Part shown: in pieces, positions 40,293 to 52,594 of the stretch | Numbering within the stretch: the stretch's first letter is position 1 | Layout of the letters: each line of letters begins with the position of its first letter | Assembly: GCF_902652985.1 (NCBI RefSeq) | Contig: NC_047017.1 | Location: 38,130,001-38,194,000 of the forward strand | Source: Pecten maximus | Lineage: Eukaryota | Direction of reading: 5' to 3' | DNA length: 64,000 nt | Translations under genes and position numbers: made by a program | Notes under the pieces: model-generated | The model's database searches: none | What the model was told of the DNA's origin: nothing | Seen by the model: the letters and a program-made list of their open reading frames with translations, nothing else

Positions 40293-41279
40293 TTAGATTT
40301 TCCTCAACAGAATTGTCATTGCTCGTCTCACATGTGCAACCCTGAAACAATACACAAAAGGATTAATTGCCGAATTCACACAGCTGAAAGTGATGAGTAG
40401 ATGCCTTGTGGTTCGTCTTGCTTCTAAAATGATTTTGAGACCTTGAGCCAGGAATCCGAAATTAAGAGGTGTGATACAGACACTGTAGGCAGCAGCAATG
40501 CTTACGATGGTGACTATGCCTCGTGTTTCCAGCCTCATCACCTCTTCTTTCTGCTGCCGTTCTGTGCGCTGTTCTTTGTCCACTGACGATACACTGTCCG
40601 GATCCGGTAGGGGCTCTACTTGCCGAAATGCACGACGTCTTCTTTGCAGAATTGCAATCATTGCCACGCAATCACCCATAATAAAAACTTGAACAACGCA
40701 TGCAACAATTCCCGAATAGAGACAGAATTCGGATATGTCATCAAGAAATAAACTGTCTAATTTACACTTAATGTCGTTATTACGTGGTTTAGCGAATAGC
40801 CAAAACGGCACATTCATTAAACCACAGATGACGAACAGAGTGGCGATGTTGATGGTCAGCATCCGTCTGTGATAATTGCCCACGTATTTCCAGTCTGGTC
40901 TGATGAGTAACAATAGTCTGTCAAAACATATCACAGCCACCTGTGTCTTCGAATTGCAGTGAGCAAAGGCGAAGAACAGGAATATCCCATTACAACCCCA
41001 GTAGGTGATTTTGTCATCGGGGAAAACGTAAGTCCATAGAATAGGAACAAGCGAGATACCAACAAGTATATCTGTGAAACTCAACGACAGGAGATGGATG
41101 CACCGGAACTGTGGGAATTTGTGTTTGGCGTATATAACAAATGTAGCAGCGGGTATGTTGATAAGGATGGTAATACCACTGACTGCCAGAACGCTCACAG
41201 TCAACCAGCGTGGTGACCTTTCAGCATCCAGCGTATCCTGTGGTGGTGCCCCAGTGGACAGGTTAGATGTGGTGTTCAT
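40293..41279 (-). CDS. Orphan rhodopsin-like (class A) GPCR, intronless, 328 aa
   Basis: Seven hydrophobic segments; N-terminal sequons NTT/NLS; TM2 LSFTD, TM3 C...CFDRL, ECL2 Cys, TM6 CITP, TM7 NSAINPFVY. First ATG is at 41279 (the track start at 41282 is GTG). Confidence 0.92.
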   Translation of the reverse strand: MNTTSNLSTGAPPQDTLDAERSPRWLTVSVLAVSGITILINIPAATFVIYAKHKFPQFRCIHLLSLSFTDILVGISLVPILWTYVFPDDKITYWGCNGIFLFFAFAHCNSKTQVAVICFDRLLLLIRPDWKYVGNYHRRMLTINIATLFVICGLMNVPFWLFAKPRNNDIKCKLDSLFLDDISEFCLYSGIVACVVQVFIMGDCVAMIAILQRRRRAFRQVEPLPDPDSVSSVDKEQRTERQQKEEVMRLETRGIVTIVSIAAAYSVCITPLNFGFLAQGLKIILEARRTTRHLLITFSCVNSAINPFVYCFRVAHVRRAMTILLRKI

Positions 41280-41699
41280 CACTGTTCAAGACGCTACCTA
41301 CAGTATAAGAATTATCATTAATGCACTCGATATAATATTACCAAGTTAACCTCCCCTGATATAACGTGTCAGTATTCATGTTTCGTTGCAATTACTTTGG
41401 TACATTACTATACATGTATACCAAATGAAGGCACTTTTAGCTAAGTTTTTTCATGTTTAACATCATGACCTGTTGTTTCTACAAGTAATAAGAAGACTGA
41501 ACAATTATGAGTTTACACGGGAAAAATATTTTATATTAACTAGCTAACAGTACATACCCATGATAAAGCACATACCTTGACATAATTATTTGTTATTGCA
41601 GATAGATGAAAGTATTCAGTAACATGAGATCCATATACACCTTACCAATGAGCTGAGGAACCAACACTTGTGACATTGAGGTGCAATAAATCACTCCTT

Positions 41700-42590
41700 G
41701 CAGACAGGGTTAAAGTCTGACCAGTATTGACAGGACAATCAAAGAAAGAGTTACCGTCTGGTCCGTATTCAGAGGAGAATGAAGGAAAGAGTTAACCGCT
41801 CGTCAGTTTTGAAAGGACAACGAAAGGAAAGGGTTAACCGCTGGTCAGTATTCAGAGGACAATGAAGGAAGGGGTTGATTTCTGGTCAGTATTCAGAGGA
41901 GAATGAAGGAAAGAGTTGACTTCTGGTCAGTATTAAGAGGAGAATGAAGGAAAGAGTTGACCTCTCGTCAGTTTTGAAAGGACAACGAAGGAAAGGGTTA
42001 ACCGCTGGTCAGTTTTGAAAGGACAACGAAAGAAAGGGTTAACCGCTGGTCAGTATTCAGAGGACAATGAAGGAAGGGGTTGATTTCTGGTCAGTATTCA
42101 GAGGACAGTGAAGGAAAGAGTTAACCTCTGGTCAGTATTCAGAGGACAATGAAGGAAAGGGTTGACTTCTGGTCAGTATTCAGAGGACAATGAAGGAAAG
42201 GATTGACCGCTGGTCAGTATTCAGTGGACATTGAAGGAAAGGGTTGACCTCTAGTAAGTTTTGACAGGACAATGAAGGAAAAGGTTAACATCTGTTTAGT
42301 ATTGAGAGAACAATGAAGGAAAGAGTTAACCTCTGGTCAGTATTGAGATGACAATGTAGGAAAGGGTTAATCTCTGGTCAGTATTTAGAGGACAATGAAG
42401 GAAAAGGTTGACCGCTGGTCATTTTTTAAAGGACAATGAAAGAAAGGGTTAACCTCGGTTCAGCATTCAGAGGACAGTGAAGGAAAGGGTTGACCTCTGG
42501 TCAGTATTCAGAGGACAATGAAGGAAAGGGTTGACTTCTGGTCATTATTGGGGGACAATGAAGGAAAGGTGAACCTCTGGTCAGTATTTG
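41700..42590. repeat. 41-bp minisatellite, ~21 copies
   Basis: GGTCAGTATTCAGAGGACAATGAAGGAAAGGGTTGACCTCT repeated. Confidence 0.94.
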
Positions 42591-43120
42591 TGGATATTGT
42601 TGTTAATTTTGTGATTGTGTGTTGATATTGTTGTTAATTTTGGCATTTTGTGTGGATATTGTTGTTAATTTTGTGATTGTGTGTTGATATTGTTGTTAAT
42701 TTTGTCATTCTGTGTTGATATTGTTGTTAATTTTGTCATTCTGTGTTGATATTGTTGTTAATTTTGTCATTCTGTGTTGATATTGATGTTAATTTCGTCG
42801 TTTTGTGTGGATATTGTTGTTAATTTTGTCATTGTGTGTGGATATTGTTGTTAATTTTGTCATTGTGTGTGGATATTGTTGTTAATTTTGTCATTGTGTG
42901 TGGATATTGTTGTTAATTTTGTCATTGTGTGTGGATATTGTTGTTAATTTTGTCATTGTGTGTGGATATTGTTGTTAATTTTGTCATTGTGTGTGGATAT
43001 TGTTATTCATTTTGTCATTGTGTGTGGATATTGTGGTTGATTTTGTCATTTTGTGTTGACGTCGTGGTTAATTTTGTCATTGTGTGTTGATTTTTGTTGT
43101 TAATTTTGTCATTTTTTGTT
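42590..43120. repeat. 31-bp TG-rich minisatellite, ~17 copies
   Basis: GTGTGGATATTGTTGTTAATTTTGTCATTGT; period 31 (42841, 42872); directly abuts the 41-bp array. Confidence 0.95.
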
Positions 43121-44881
43121 GTACTTGGATGTATATTTTAGAAGAAAAAAATACACGTACTACAATGTATTATTCAGGAAACAACAATGTAACATTCACG
43201 TTCCACAATGTATAGTTTAGGTAACAATATACACGCACATTTCTGTACTAAAATTTATAGTTGAACTATCAATAATACTATGGATATATGGAAATATTTA
43301 AAAAAAGGAGTTTGTACAAACCTTATAGCAGCGTCAAACGTTGATGTTTGTCAATCCATCAAACACCCGCCTCTAGTATGAACGTCACCATCAGTTCCCA
43401 GTAAATTTAGTGCCCTGCTTGACAAGCTATGGCTGTTATATTCAAACACCTGGATATCAACCAGATTGACAGGGTACATGTTTCACTGCGTCACGACTGG
43501 TCACGATTCCACGTAGGTGTGTCAGCATCTCAGCTTAACCAATTGTCTCTTACCTGGCATCTAAACATGACAGACGACCAGGTCCTGGTATTCAGACTTG
43601 GTATCACTGACATGTTGATCCCAAGAGAGCATGTGCCATAATGGTGTTCTATATTGGTAATTGAATATATGCATTCAGTTAGTTATTAAGAAAACACTTA
43701 CATGTAATGAATGTTCTAAGATGAACCATTTTTGAAAATCATTTTCGGTATAATACATACCGACAGACATTTCTTAATCATTTTATTTTTCTATTTATCA
43801 TTTTTTTAGGCATTTTTTGATAAAAGTGAAGAAAATTCGCTTTCTTAAATTAATCGTTGAATACAGATGTTATGGAATATCAATACAGCTGTCTGTTAAC
43901 CCCAACACATTTATAACTAACTTCCCTGAGAAGGTGCATTATATAATTGCGAAAAATTAGAAGCACGAAATAATGTGTTCTATGACGATCGCTTGTTGAG
44001 TAAGAGTACCATAGATACTGGCACGGATACATAATATACATGTATTGATAAAGTATATACCTGAATACGGTTAATAAGTAACAAACGTCAGGAGTGTTTT
44101 CATTACGACATACCAGGTGAGGTGACCAGGTGTGATGAGGTGTAGTATTAGGTGTGATATATATCCTGGTCCTGTAGGTAATATGACCAATTACCACATT
44201 CTGTTGTCGGCTGATTTCGCCTTTCTCGCCCTGTCGCGTCATACCGAGTTAGTGTCATATGTTGATACCTGATGACAGATATATCATTTATCGACTCGGT
44301 CGGTTAGTATTCCATTGGTCGTTTATTTATTGAACGTGAAATCGACAGGAAATGATAGCTGTCGGTATTGATAGCCTTCCAATTAGCTCTGAAGCAGGCT
44401 ACGACAACTATCAGACTCTGATAACACTGCTACGTTAGAGTGGAAAATATATATTACAATAATCCGGTTTGGCTTGAAATAAGACCCTTTATTTCGTAAA
44501 TTAGATAGGAAAGACAAATAGTTATGGAAAAACCTAACTGATGATTATGAGAACTTGAATCACCAAGTGCTTACATTTAAGTTTTACATGTCTTATATAC
44601 ATTAATTCAGTAAACGTGTTTCAAAAAAATCGAAAAAGATACCAAATCCTTATAAAATTTTTGATCATTCTATAGATAATTACAATACAAAACTAGAATT
44701 TCTTTGCTAGCAATTAACGATTTGAAGAGCTTTCACCTGAATTAATTATTAAACCTTTGGTTTTTGCAGTTTTAAAAGCTAAATCGTGTGTAAGATAACT
44801 GATAGCAAAACATCCAAGCATGATTTTACTGTGTCAACATTATGATCAGCATACCTTATGGTCCGACACATTTGCGAATAA

Positions 44882-44906
44882 ATATATATATATATATATA
44901 TATATA
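44882..44906. repeat. (AT)n microsatellite
   Basis: About 12 AT dinucleotides. Confidence 0.9.
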
Positions 44907-45289
44907 AATGAAAAATGAAAAATGTGAAAAATTGATGTTGGTGACCTTCGACCCATTGTATTTGACCTTATTTGTAATAACGTGTGATAGAGAAATGTAA
45001 GTCGCGAAGATTATCTACTAATGATATAACTGCATGAGTGCTGTAAAGTTAACTATTTTGGTGTAAATGCCGTCGTGGTGGCCATATGAGAAATGAAACT
45101 AAGAGACAAATGTCTGGTTTAACTTCTACAAACTTAATTATTTCCGACATCAGTTAAGCTATTTTCCTTGGAATCGCTACAACGCACAAGTAATGAAACG
45201 ACAAATACGCGAGAATTTTGAACTTCATTTAAGTTTGTTTTTTGTTGGTTTTTGAAACTGCATTTGTATAAACCAATAGGTTTATATTC

Positions 45290-47330
45290 CTACCCACTCT
45301 CGTAAAAAGGCAGGATCACTCGGATAAATTGGAACCAATGTCTCGTGCCTAGAAAGGCCTGAAACAGACATACAGGGGACCCAGAAAGGGCCTCCGGGGA
45401 GAACGTACTATTCTATACCCAAATTGATTGGTTTCAGAACAATCAGAACTCCCTTTCTCTACCAATAATTATTTTTTTCAAAAGCTGTTTGGTAGGATCA
45501 AACTTGCTTTGAGCTTTTGTAGCAAGAGGCCTTTTTTGGAGAGTTCAAAGGGGAGATCACCATGGGTAAGGAAAGAAGTTTTTATAAAATGGACTTAAAC
45601 CGAACTTGTAGACCAACTCACCTATTTCCCGGGGAAAATCCGTGGCTTCTCGGTGTGTGTTTTTTTAACTTCGCGATATAGGTTACCTTTGGTTCTTGTT
45701 ACTGGCATAGGGAGAAGAGGTTAGTCCAACCCGAACTTTAAAAGTTTGAGAACCTACTGATCTGAGTACAGCTCTTACCTTTCCTTCATATATTTGATGT
45801 TAAAGTTTGACTTAAATTAAAACTTAGTTGATCCTGTACTACACTAAGAGGCTCTTTGACTACTCCAGGTACACTATTTCCTACAACACTAACATAAATA
45901 TATGTCTGTTACCTATACCCGTCCCCCGATACATCACAACTATTCTCAAACTCAAATCAAACTCAGGCTCTGAGACCGAACGGTCTGGGCCTACCACTGC
46001 GTCGATGAAGGGGACGATCAGTCATAAGGCCTTCGGATATGTCTCTGCTGAATATGGATATTGTCTTTTCCCCAACAACTGGCACAGATATGTAGGAAAT
46101 GCCTTTTGACCCCCGTATGTCACCATCCTCTTTCTCATTCTCGTTCTTTACATCACACAAAACCATACTTCCCTAGGTTCAGACCGATTCTGTATGACAT
46201 TACTTCTCGGTTTTCAATTTTGTCAACTGTGCCATCACATGCTTAGCTAAAATTGGTACTCTAATATTCAAAAGTTCACCTGTTCATGACCTCTCACCTA
46301 ATTGTATCTCTCTGAGCCAGGCAGCAAAACATGCGATCAAAGCTCGCCTTCATACATATTGTTACGACAGACTATATTTTGAAGGATGATAGTCCTTCCC
46401 TCTTTCTCTGATGTGGAGTGCGTTTTGGACATTATCACAAGCTCTCCAGCCACAAATTAAATAAAAATGAGATCCTGAAGCTTGCGTATTCAAACTTAAG
46501 GAAATGATGGGACAGACTTGGGGGTATATCATTACATGTCTGGCTTGACATTTTAAACCTGATCGAAGTGGGTTTTGATCAACATATTGATGAGGCGATA
46601 TACACCGTATCTGAGTCTGCGTTACAGCAGGACTCCGGCATATCCGGAAACACACGAGACATCTTATTAAACCTGCTGATCAACTGATCATTTTTTCTTG
46701 AATCAGAGCCCGTTGATACCGCTTGTTCCTGCTGATATTCTGCTAATTGCCAGGTCATCCAGTCCTGTCCTCTTCTGTCATTCAGGGCATTACTCAGTCT
46801 TGCCCTCTATTGTATGCGGTAACATGCAAGCTAATGACACTGAATACACCGATGCGTAATATTTTCCCTCGCTTCAGTCATTTCTTGTTTCTCTGTTTTC
46901 ACATTCGACGAGAGAAGTTCGAAGTCTCCCTGATCACGTATTTCTAAGGAAATTTCTGTAGGAATAGTATCAGACAGTTTAAACAAGCTATCGTTCTGAT
47001 TCCCTTCATGTAATTGACAGTAATTCATTCTCGACTGAGATCTGAGATTTCTCAACATGACCTTATCCCGAGATTATCCATTAAAAGAAACGTTGTGCAA
47101 ACATGTTGATGCAACTCGTATACACCGTACGTAAAGTTAAACAATTTGGCTATTCTTGTCGAAAGTTCAAAATAGAATTTTGTGTTGAGGATTTTTGTTT
47201 CGTTGAAAGAATGCTAAATGAAAAACGAAGTTGCCAACTGTGCTCTGAAGTTCAAAAAAGACTTTACCGGTGAGCCAATTTTTAATGTCTAAAAATTGAG
47301 CTCACCCGGCCGAGTCAGTGACTACTCTTT
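45290..47330 (-). mobile_element. Decayed probable DIRS/Ngaro-type (tyrosine-recombinase retrotransposon) remnant with gag-like fragments
   Basis: Manual minus-strand translation gives ALIACFAAWLREIQLGERS* (~46286-46345), PREVWFC (~46155-46175) and LHICASCWGKD (~46060-46095), interrupted by stops and frameshifts. These resemble gag C-terminal motifs I recall from invertebrate DIRS-like elements. Boundaries approximate. Confidence 0.5.
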
Positions 47331-48559
47331 AAGGAAGACACTGATTGGATCGCGAGTATAACTCAGTTCACTGAGGACAGATCAATGGACAAGATACAGC
47401 GAAACACCCCCTTCAAAAAAACGAAGGTCATCTTTTCTGTTAGGCTATTCCACATCCTTGAGATAGGAGAGAAGGGCAAACACTGTATGCATATTTTTGT
47501 CTGAGGTTTTTGATGTTGAGTTCTTTGTCTTTGGGATTCATCCTGCCGCTTCGTTAGTATTTGGAGGTCCGCTATGTTTTTGTTTTTGTTTTGTCCGTCT
47601 TGGACTCGTTCAAGCATTTTGATATAATCATATCTACCTTATGTGGAGCCAATCATACATTCCAAATAATGCATCGACTGTGGATGGGCTATCTATCTTA
47701 GAGCGGTTTTATAACGGAGGTCTGAATGGTCGACAAATAGTTACAATTGTTTGCAGAGCCAATGGCCAATGAGTTTGCCCGTTGAAAATCGCTCTGAGAT
47801 AGATGTATCGTCTGCTAGTTTGGTCCATTTCCTCGTCTTTAAATCATTGTCAAGACGAGAGGATAAAGTGAGTTGATATTTAAGAATTCAAAATTAAGGT
47901 ACGTTATTGGTGTCCATTTGATATTTAATCGGATTTAGCTAATATTCAAAGTGAATCGATGGTCACCCTCCCAATACATACACTTCCCACATATCAAGTT
48001 TCAACCTTTGTTATATATAAATGCAATACAACATATATGTAACAAACAAACAAGATAACAAATAAACATGATTGAAAGTAAAAATTCATATGTAATGTAC
48101 AGGGTGGCGAGGACAATTCCATACTCACGGACACATCAAGACTACATTAACGTACAGTTTAGATACCGCTTGACCAATATCCTTCATAAAAACAGACAGA
48201 CAGACATTCTTTATTTCCACTTTTACAAGAGATTATGTCAATCAAACATTTCAATTTGAATTATTATAAATAGATTGTTTATCAAACATCAAACTTAAAG
48301 TTATGTGCCCAACTCTCTTACAATTTCCTACAGATTCAATGACATATTTACCATTAGGTTTTCCCATTCATACTCCTCCATTTGCACATTAGATTGATCT
48401 CTCAGAAGAAAATTACACTGATTTTTGTCATTTAAGTTTGTGAACATAACATAGGGGGAACCCCTATTCACCACATCATCCATCATTAAACAGGAGTTTG
48501 AAATTTTTTTTGCACTCTAACAAAAAAAAAGAAATACAATGTCAGCACTAGATTTTCCA

Positions 48560-49850
48560 CATATTTTACAAAGTACAAAGTCACGCTCAATGACAAGTGC
48601 ACATTTCATCCCTTCTGTTAGATTAAGAAGGACTTCATTTTGATTGCGACCGATGTGAGGGATCATTAGAGAAGTTTTAGCAGATTGATATTTTAATCGC
48701 AAAATATGCGTATACCGTATCTAGCTCTTTTTGAAGAGACAGCAACGCGAATAGTAGCAGCGTATCATCTGCCAATAGTACAAAAGGTTTTTTTTTTGCA
48801 ATATTGGTTAGAGTCATGTCCATGTAGTTGTCCATTAACGATCTGTCAAGCTTTCCATAATTAAAAGGAGTAATCTCTATAACGTTTCTAAATACCATTT
48901 TAGTGTACGTCTGTAAACGATCTAGCATTTGCTGAAAATTGGTAGCATCTTCTAAGAATAAACCTGTGTCATCCGCATACATTAACGTTTTATCAACTGT
49001 AATGAATAACTTTGACAGTTGGAATTCATATATTCTTTTTCAATATCGTTAACAAATGATGAAAAGGTATGGGATATAACGATTTCCCTTGTAATAAACC
49101 GACATGTTTATCAAACATAGCGGATGATTTACCATTTAAGTTCACACATAAACGTACGTTATCATCAACTGGTTCATTTACATTAAGTAGTCTACCTCTG
49201 ATACCACTTCTCAAACGGTCATAACAAAAATTCTGTTGTGTCACACTATCAAAAGTTTTGCTATGATAAATAAAAAAAAACAAAAACAAATAAAGTCACT
49301 TGTTTTGTTCCAACGAATTGATCATTAAACTTTGTAATGCGAACATAGCGTCCCTTGTACCAACAAAAGGCTTAGGACCAAACTGAGCATCGGAGACAAT
49401 ATTTTCTCGTGTACTCCATTTTAACAGACGTATATTTGATAACGATGTAAACAGTTTATCTAAACGGCTTAATAATGTAATTCTCCAATAATCATTAACA
49501 TTATTTCTATCGCCCTTTCTATGCAAATGAATAATAACGCCCCGAGTCCATGATTCTGGAAAATTACCTATTTGTAACATGGTGTTAGATAACGTTAACA
49601 AAACCGAGAAAATATTTCATATTTTTAAGTATTCATTAAGCATCTTTAGAAGCATCCTATCAACGCCAACATATTCACCCCTAGGTAGATATTTACTGAC
49701 ATCTAATACTTAATTAGTGTTAAAATCTACAAATAGTCCAGTATATACATGTATGCACACAGTGTTTTTGCCTTTCATAATGTCATTGTTATTCGCTTCA
49801 CCTGCCAGATCTTTAAAATAATTGGAAACAAAATCCATGATATACCACTA
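48560..49850 (-). mobile_element. Decayed non-LTR retrotransposon (LINE, CR1/L2/RTE-like) reverse transcriptase fragments
   Basis: Ordered RT motifs over frameshifted ORFs: FPESWTRGVIIHLHRKGD..NDYWRITLLS, QFG...GTRDAMFAL, FIYHSKTFDSV, GLLQGKSLYP, MYADD. Confidence 0.9.
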
Positions 49851-50788
49851 GTCTTGAAAATTTTACAATTAAAAAAACTACGTGTTACATCTTGTTGATA
49901 TTGTAGAGAAGAGAATAATATTTATTTCTATACATACTTTACAGATGCTGAGGCCTGTGGTCATACGAAGTCCAATACGTGTTATGTCAGGGTTGTGAAA
50001 AAAGTAATAATGCTTAAAAACTTTAAGTGAGCTTCATACCAAATATTCAGCCAAAATACATGCCAATATTGCTAATAAAAAGAACTCCAAAATTGAAATT
50101 GTACTGACATTACCTACCAAATGGAGAGCGAAACCGACATGAACCAAGAAAGGTAACTCGTACCAATTACCAGACTAGATATAATTTTTACTGCTGTGAA
50201 TGGAAAACACAAGTGCACTTAGCTATGGGCAAAGCAACGGAAACACGAGTCTTTGTAAATCGAGATACCACACTCGAAAATAACCGACATGACGTGCTTA
50301 AAACGCTGGCCAGGCGGGACCTTTTATCCCAAAATAAGCCGTGATGTAATTATCATGATGACTTACGTTATGATGTCAGTTTCATATATAGTTGTAGTTC
50401 TCCATAATATACATTTGTGTAGCTCTTACATCTCTGCTTCATCTACTTACAGTGTTACTATGTTTAAGTTGATTCAACATCCAAAGATTTGTTCCCATAA
50501 TCACGACTGACGACAAAATGAACGAAACAGTGCTTCGAGAGATGCAGGCTGATGGAAGAGGAAGTGTTATGGTCGACAGCATTGTCTGATTTGGACATAT
50601 TACTGCATAAACCGGGTCATGTCACAAGGAACTGTACCATATGCTCCACAGCAACAGACTTTTACTGATTGTCACACAATTATTTAAATCCATCAAAACT
50701 GGCTTACATTGTATAGTAAATGGGAAAATGTATATTAAGGATGATCACACCACAATTCAAAGTCAATAGTAATACTAATGAATTGAAA

Positions 50789-51851
50789 AGTAATATATCC
50801 TACTGATTAAAATATCATATACTTGTAATGTATCCTAAATAGTAATATATCCTACTGATTAAAATATCATACACTTGTAATGTATCCTAAATAGTAATAT
50901 ATCCTACTGATTAAAATATCATACACTTGTAATGTATCCTAAATAGTAATATATCCTACTGATTAAAATATCATACACTTGTAATGTATCCTAAATAGTA
51001 ATATATCCTACTGATTAAAATATCATATACTTGTAACGTATCCTAAATAGTAATATATCCTACTGATTAAAATATCATATACTTGTAACGTATCCTAAAT
51101 AGTAATATATCCTACTGATTAAAATATCATATACTTGTAACGTATCCTAAATAGTAATATATCCTACTGATTAAAATATCATATACTTGTAATGTATCCT
51201 AAATAGTAATATATCCTACTGATTAAAATATCATACACTTGTAACGTATCCTAAATAGTAATATATCCTACTGATTAAAATATCATACACTTGTAATGTA
51301 TCCTAAATAGTAATATATCCTACTGATTAAAATATCATATACTTGTAACGTATCCTAAATAGTAATATATCCTACTGATTAAAATATCATACACTTGTAA
51401 TGTATCCTAAATAGTAATATATCCTACTGATTAAAATATCATATACTTGTAATGTATCCTAAATAGTAATATATCCTACTGATTAAAATATCATACACTT
51501 GTAACGTATCCTAAATAGTAATATATCCTACTGATTAAAATATCATACACTTGTAATGTATCCTAAATAGTAATATATCCTACTGATTAAAATATCATAT
51601 ACTTGTAACGTATCCTAAATAGTAATATATCCTACTGATTAAAATATCATACACTTGTAATGTATCCTAAATAGTAATATATCCTACTGATTAAAATATC
51701 ATATACTTGTAACGTATCCTAAATAGTAATATATCCTACTGATTAAAATATCATACACTTGTAATGTATCCTAAATAGTAATATATCCTACTGATTAAAA
51801 TATCATACACTTGTAATGTATCCTAAATAGTAATATATCCTTCTGATTAAT
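50789..51851. repeat. 52-bp near-perfect minisatellite, ~20 copies
   Basis: AGTAATATATCCTACTGATTAAAATATCATAYACTTGTAAYGTATCCTAAAT. Confidence 0.97.
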
Positions 51852-52515
51852 ATAACGTACATAAATTGATGGCAAGTCATGTTTTACAGACTATCCCTTC
51901 TGAAAAAAACAACAACAAAAAAACAAGAGGCCCATGGCCTTTGATAGTAATGTGAGCTAGTACTAGTGCAGTATATATTACTAATCACTAGCAATATAGT
52001 GGTTCTACTAAGAACTATTTGGATTCCTTGAAATTTGGACCAATTTTAACAGATAAGATATCTCAAGCTAATATCCTCGCTATTCAACATTGACTTATAC
52101 ACAATAAAAGATAGTGGGGATTGTTTAAGTAAAATGTCGCCCAGGAAAACATAACTAAATAGCATAACAAGAGATGACAGTTGTGGGAGTCTGAAGTAAT
52201 AGAACTTTATATATCCGATATGAGACTCGGATTCGCGAATATATTTAATTGCATTATATATTTCGTTTTTCACTTTTAACGTACATTCTGGTGGAAGAAA
52301 TCATTTTACTGTATTTTTTCAATTATGTGATAGCCTTGTATACATATATACGGAATCTTTTTTTGCATTTCATCGACAGAAATGTAAAAGGTCAAGGAGC
52401 ATATTTTCTATTTGTTTTTGTTTAAATCGAGTAGCCTCCCTTTTCTACTTTTCTAGCTGCTCTTCCATCATACTCAATCACCGTTGTTGACGTCATTGTT
52501 AGTCTTGGATATATC

Positions 52516-52594
52516 ATGGCCTGCAATACCATTACAGAGAAGTCGGCAAGACAGATCCTCAGGGATGTTGATAACTATGTCTTCGACTGTGCCG
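52516..52594 (+). CDS. PGP: HAD-IIA phosphatase (phosphoglycolate/glycerol-3-phosphate phosphatase-like), coding exon 1 of 8
   Basis: MACNTITEKSARQILRDVDNYVFDCA-G; phase-1 donor G|GTAGGA at 52595; acceptor-like TTTTCTAG at 52456 suggests an upstream non-coding exon. Symbol indicates family; may be a paralogue. Confidence 0.85.

Noticed and set aside
47363-47617. ORF with PFSPISRMWNSL resembling a LINE ORF2 C-terminus
   Set aside because: A single weak motif; not enough to call.
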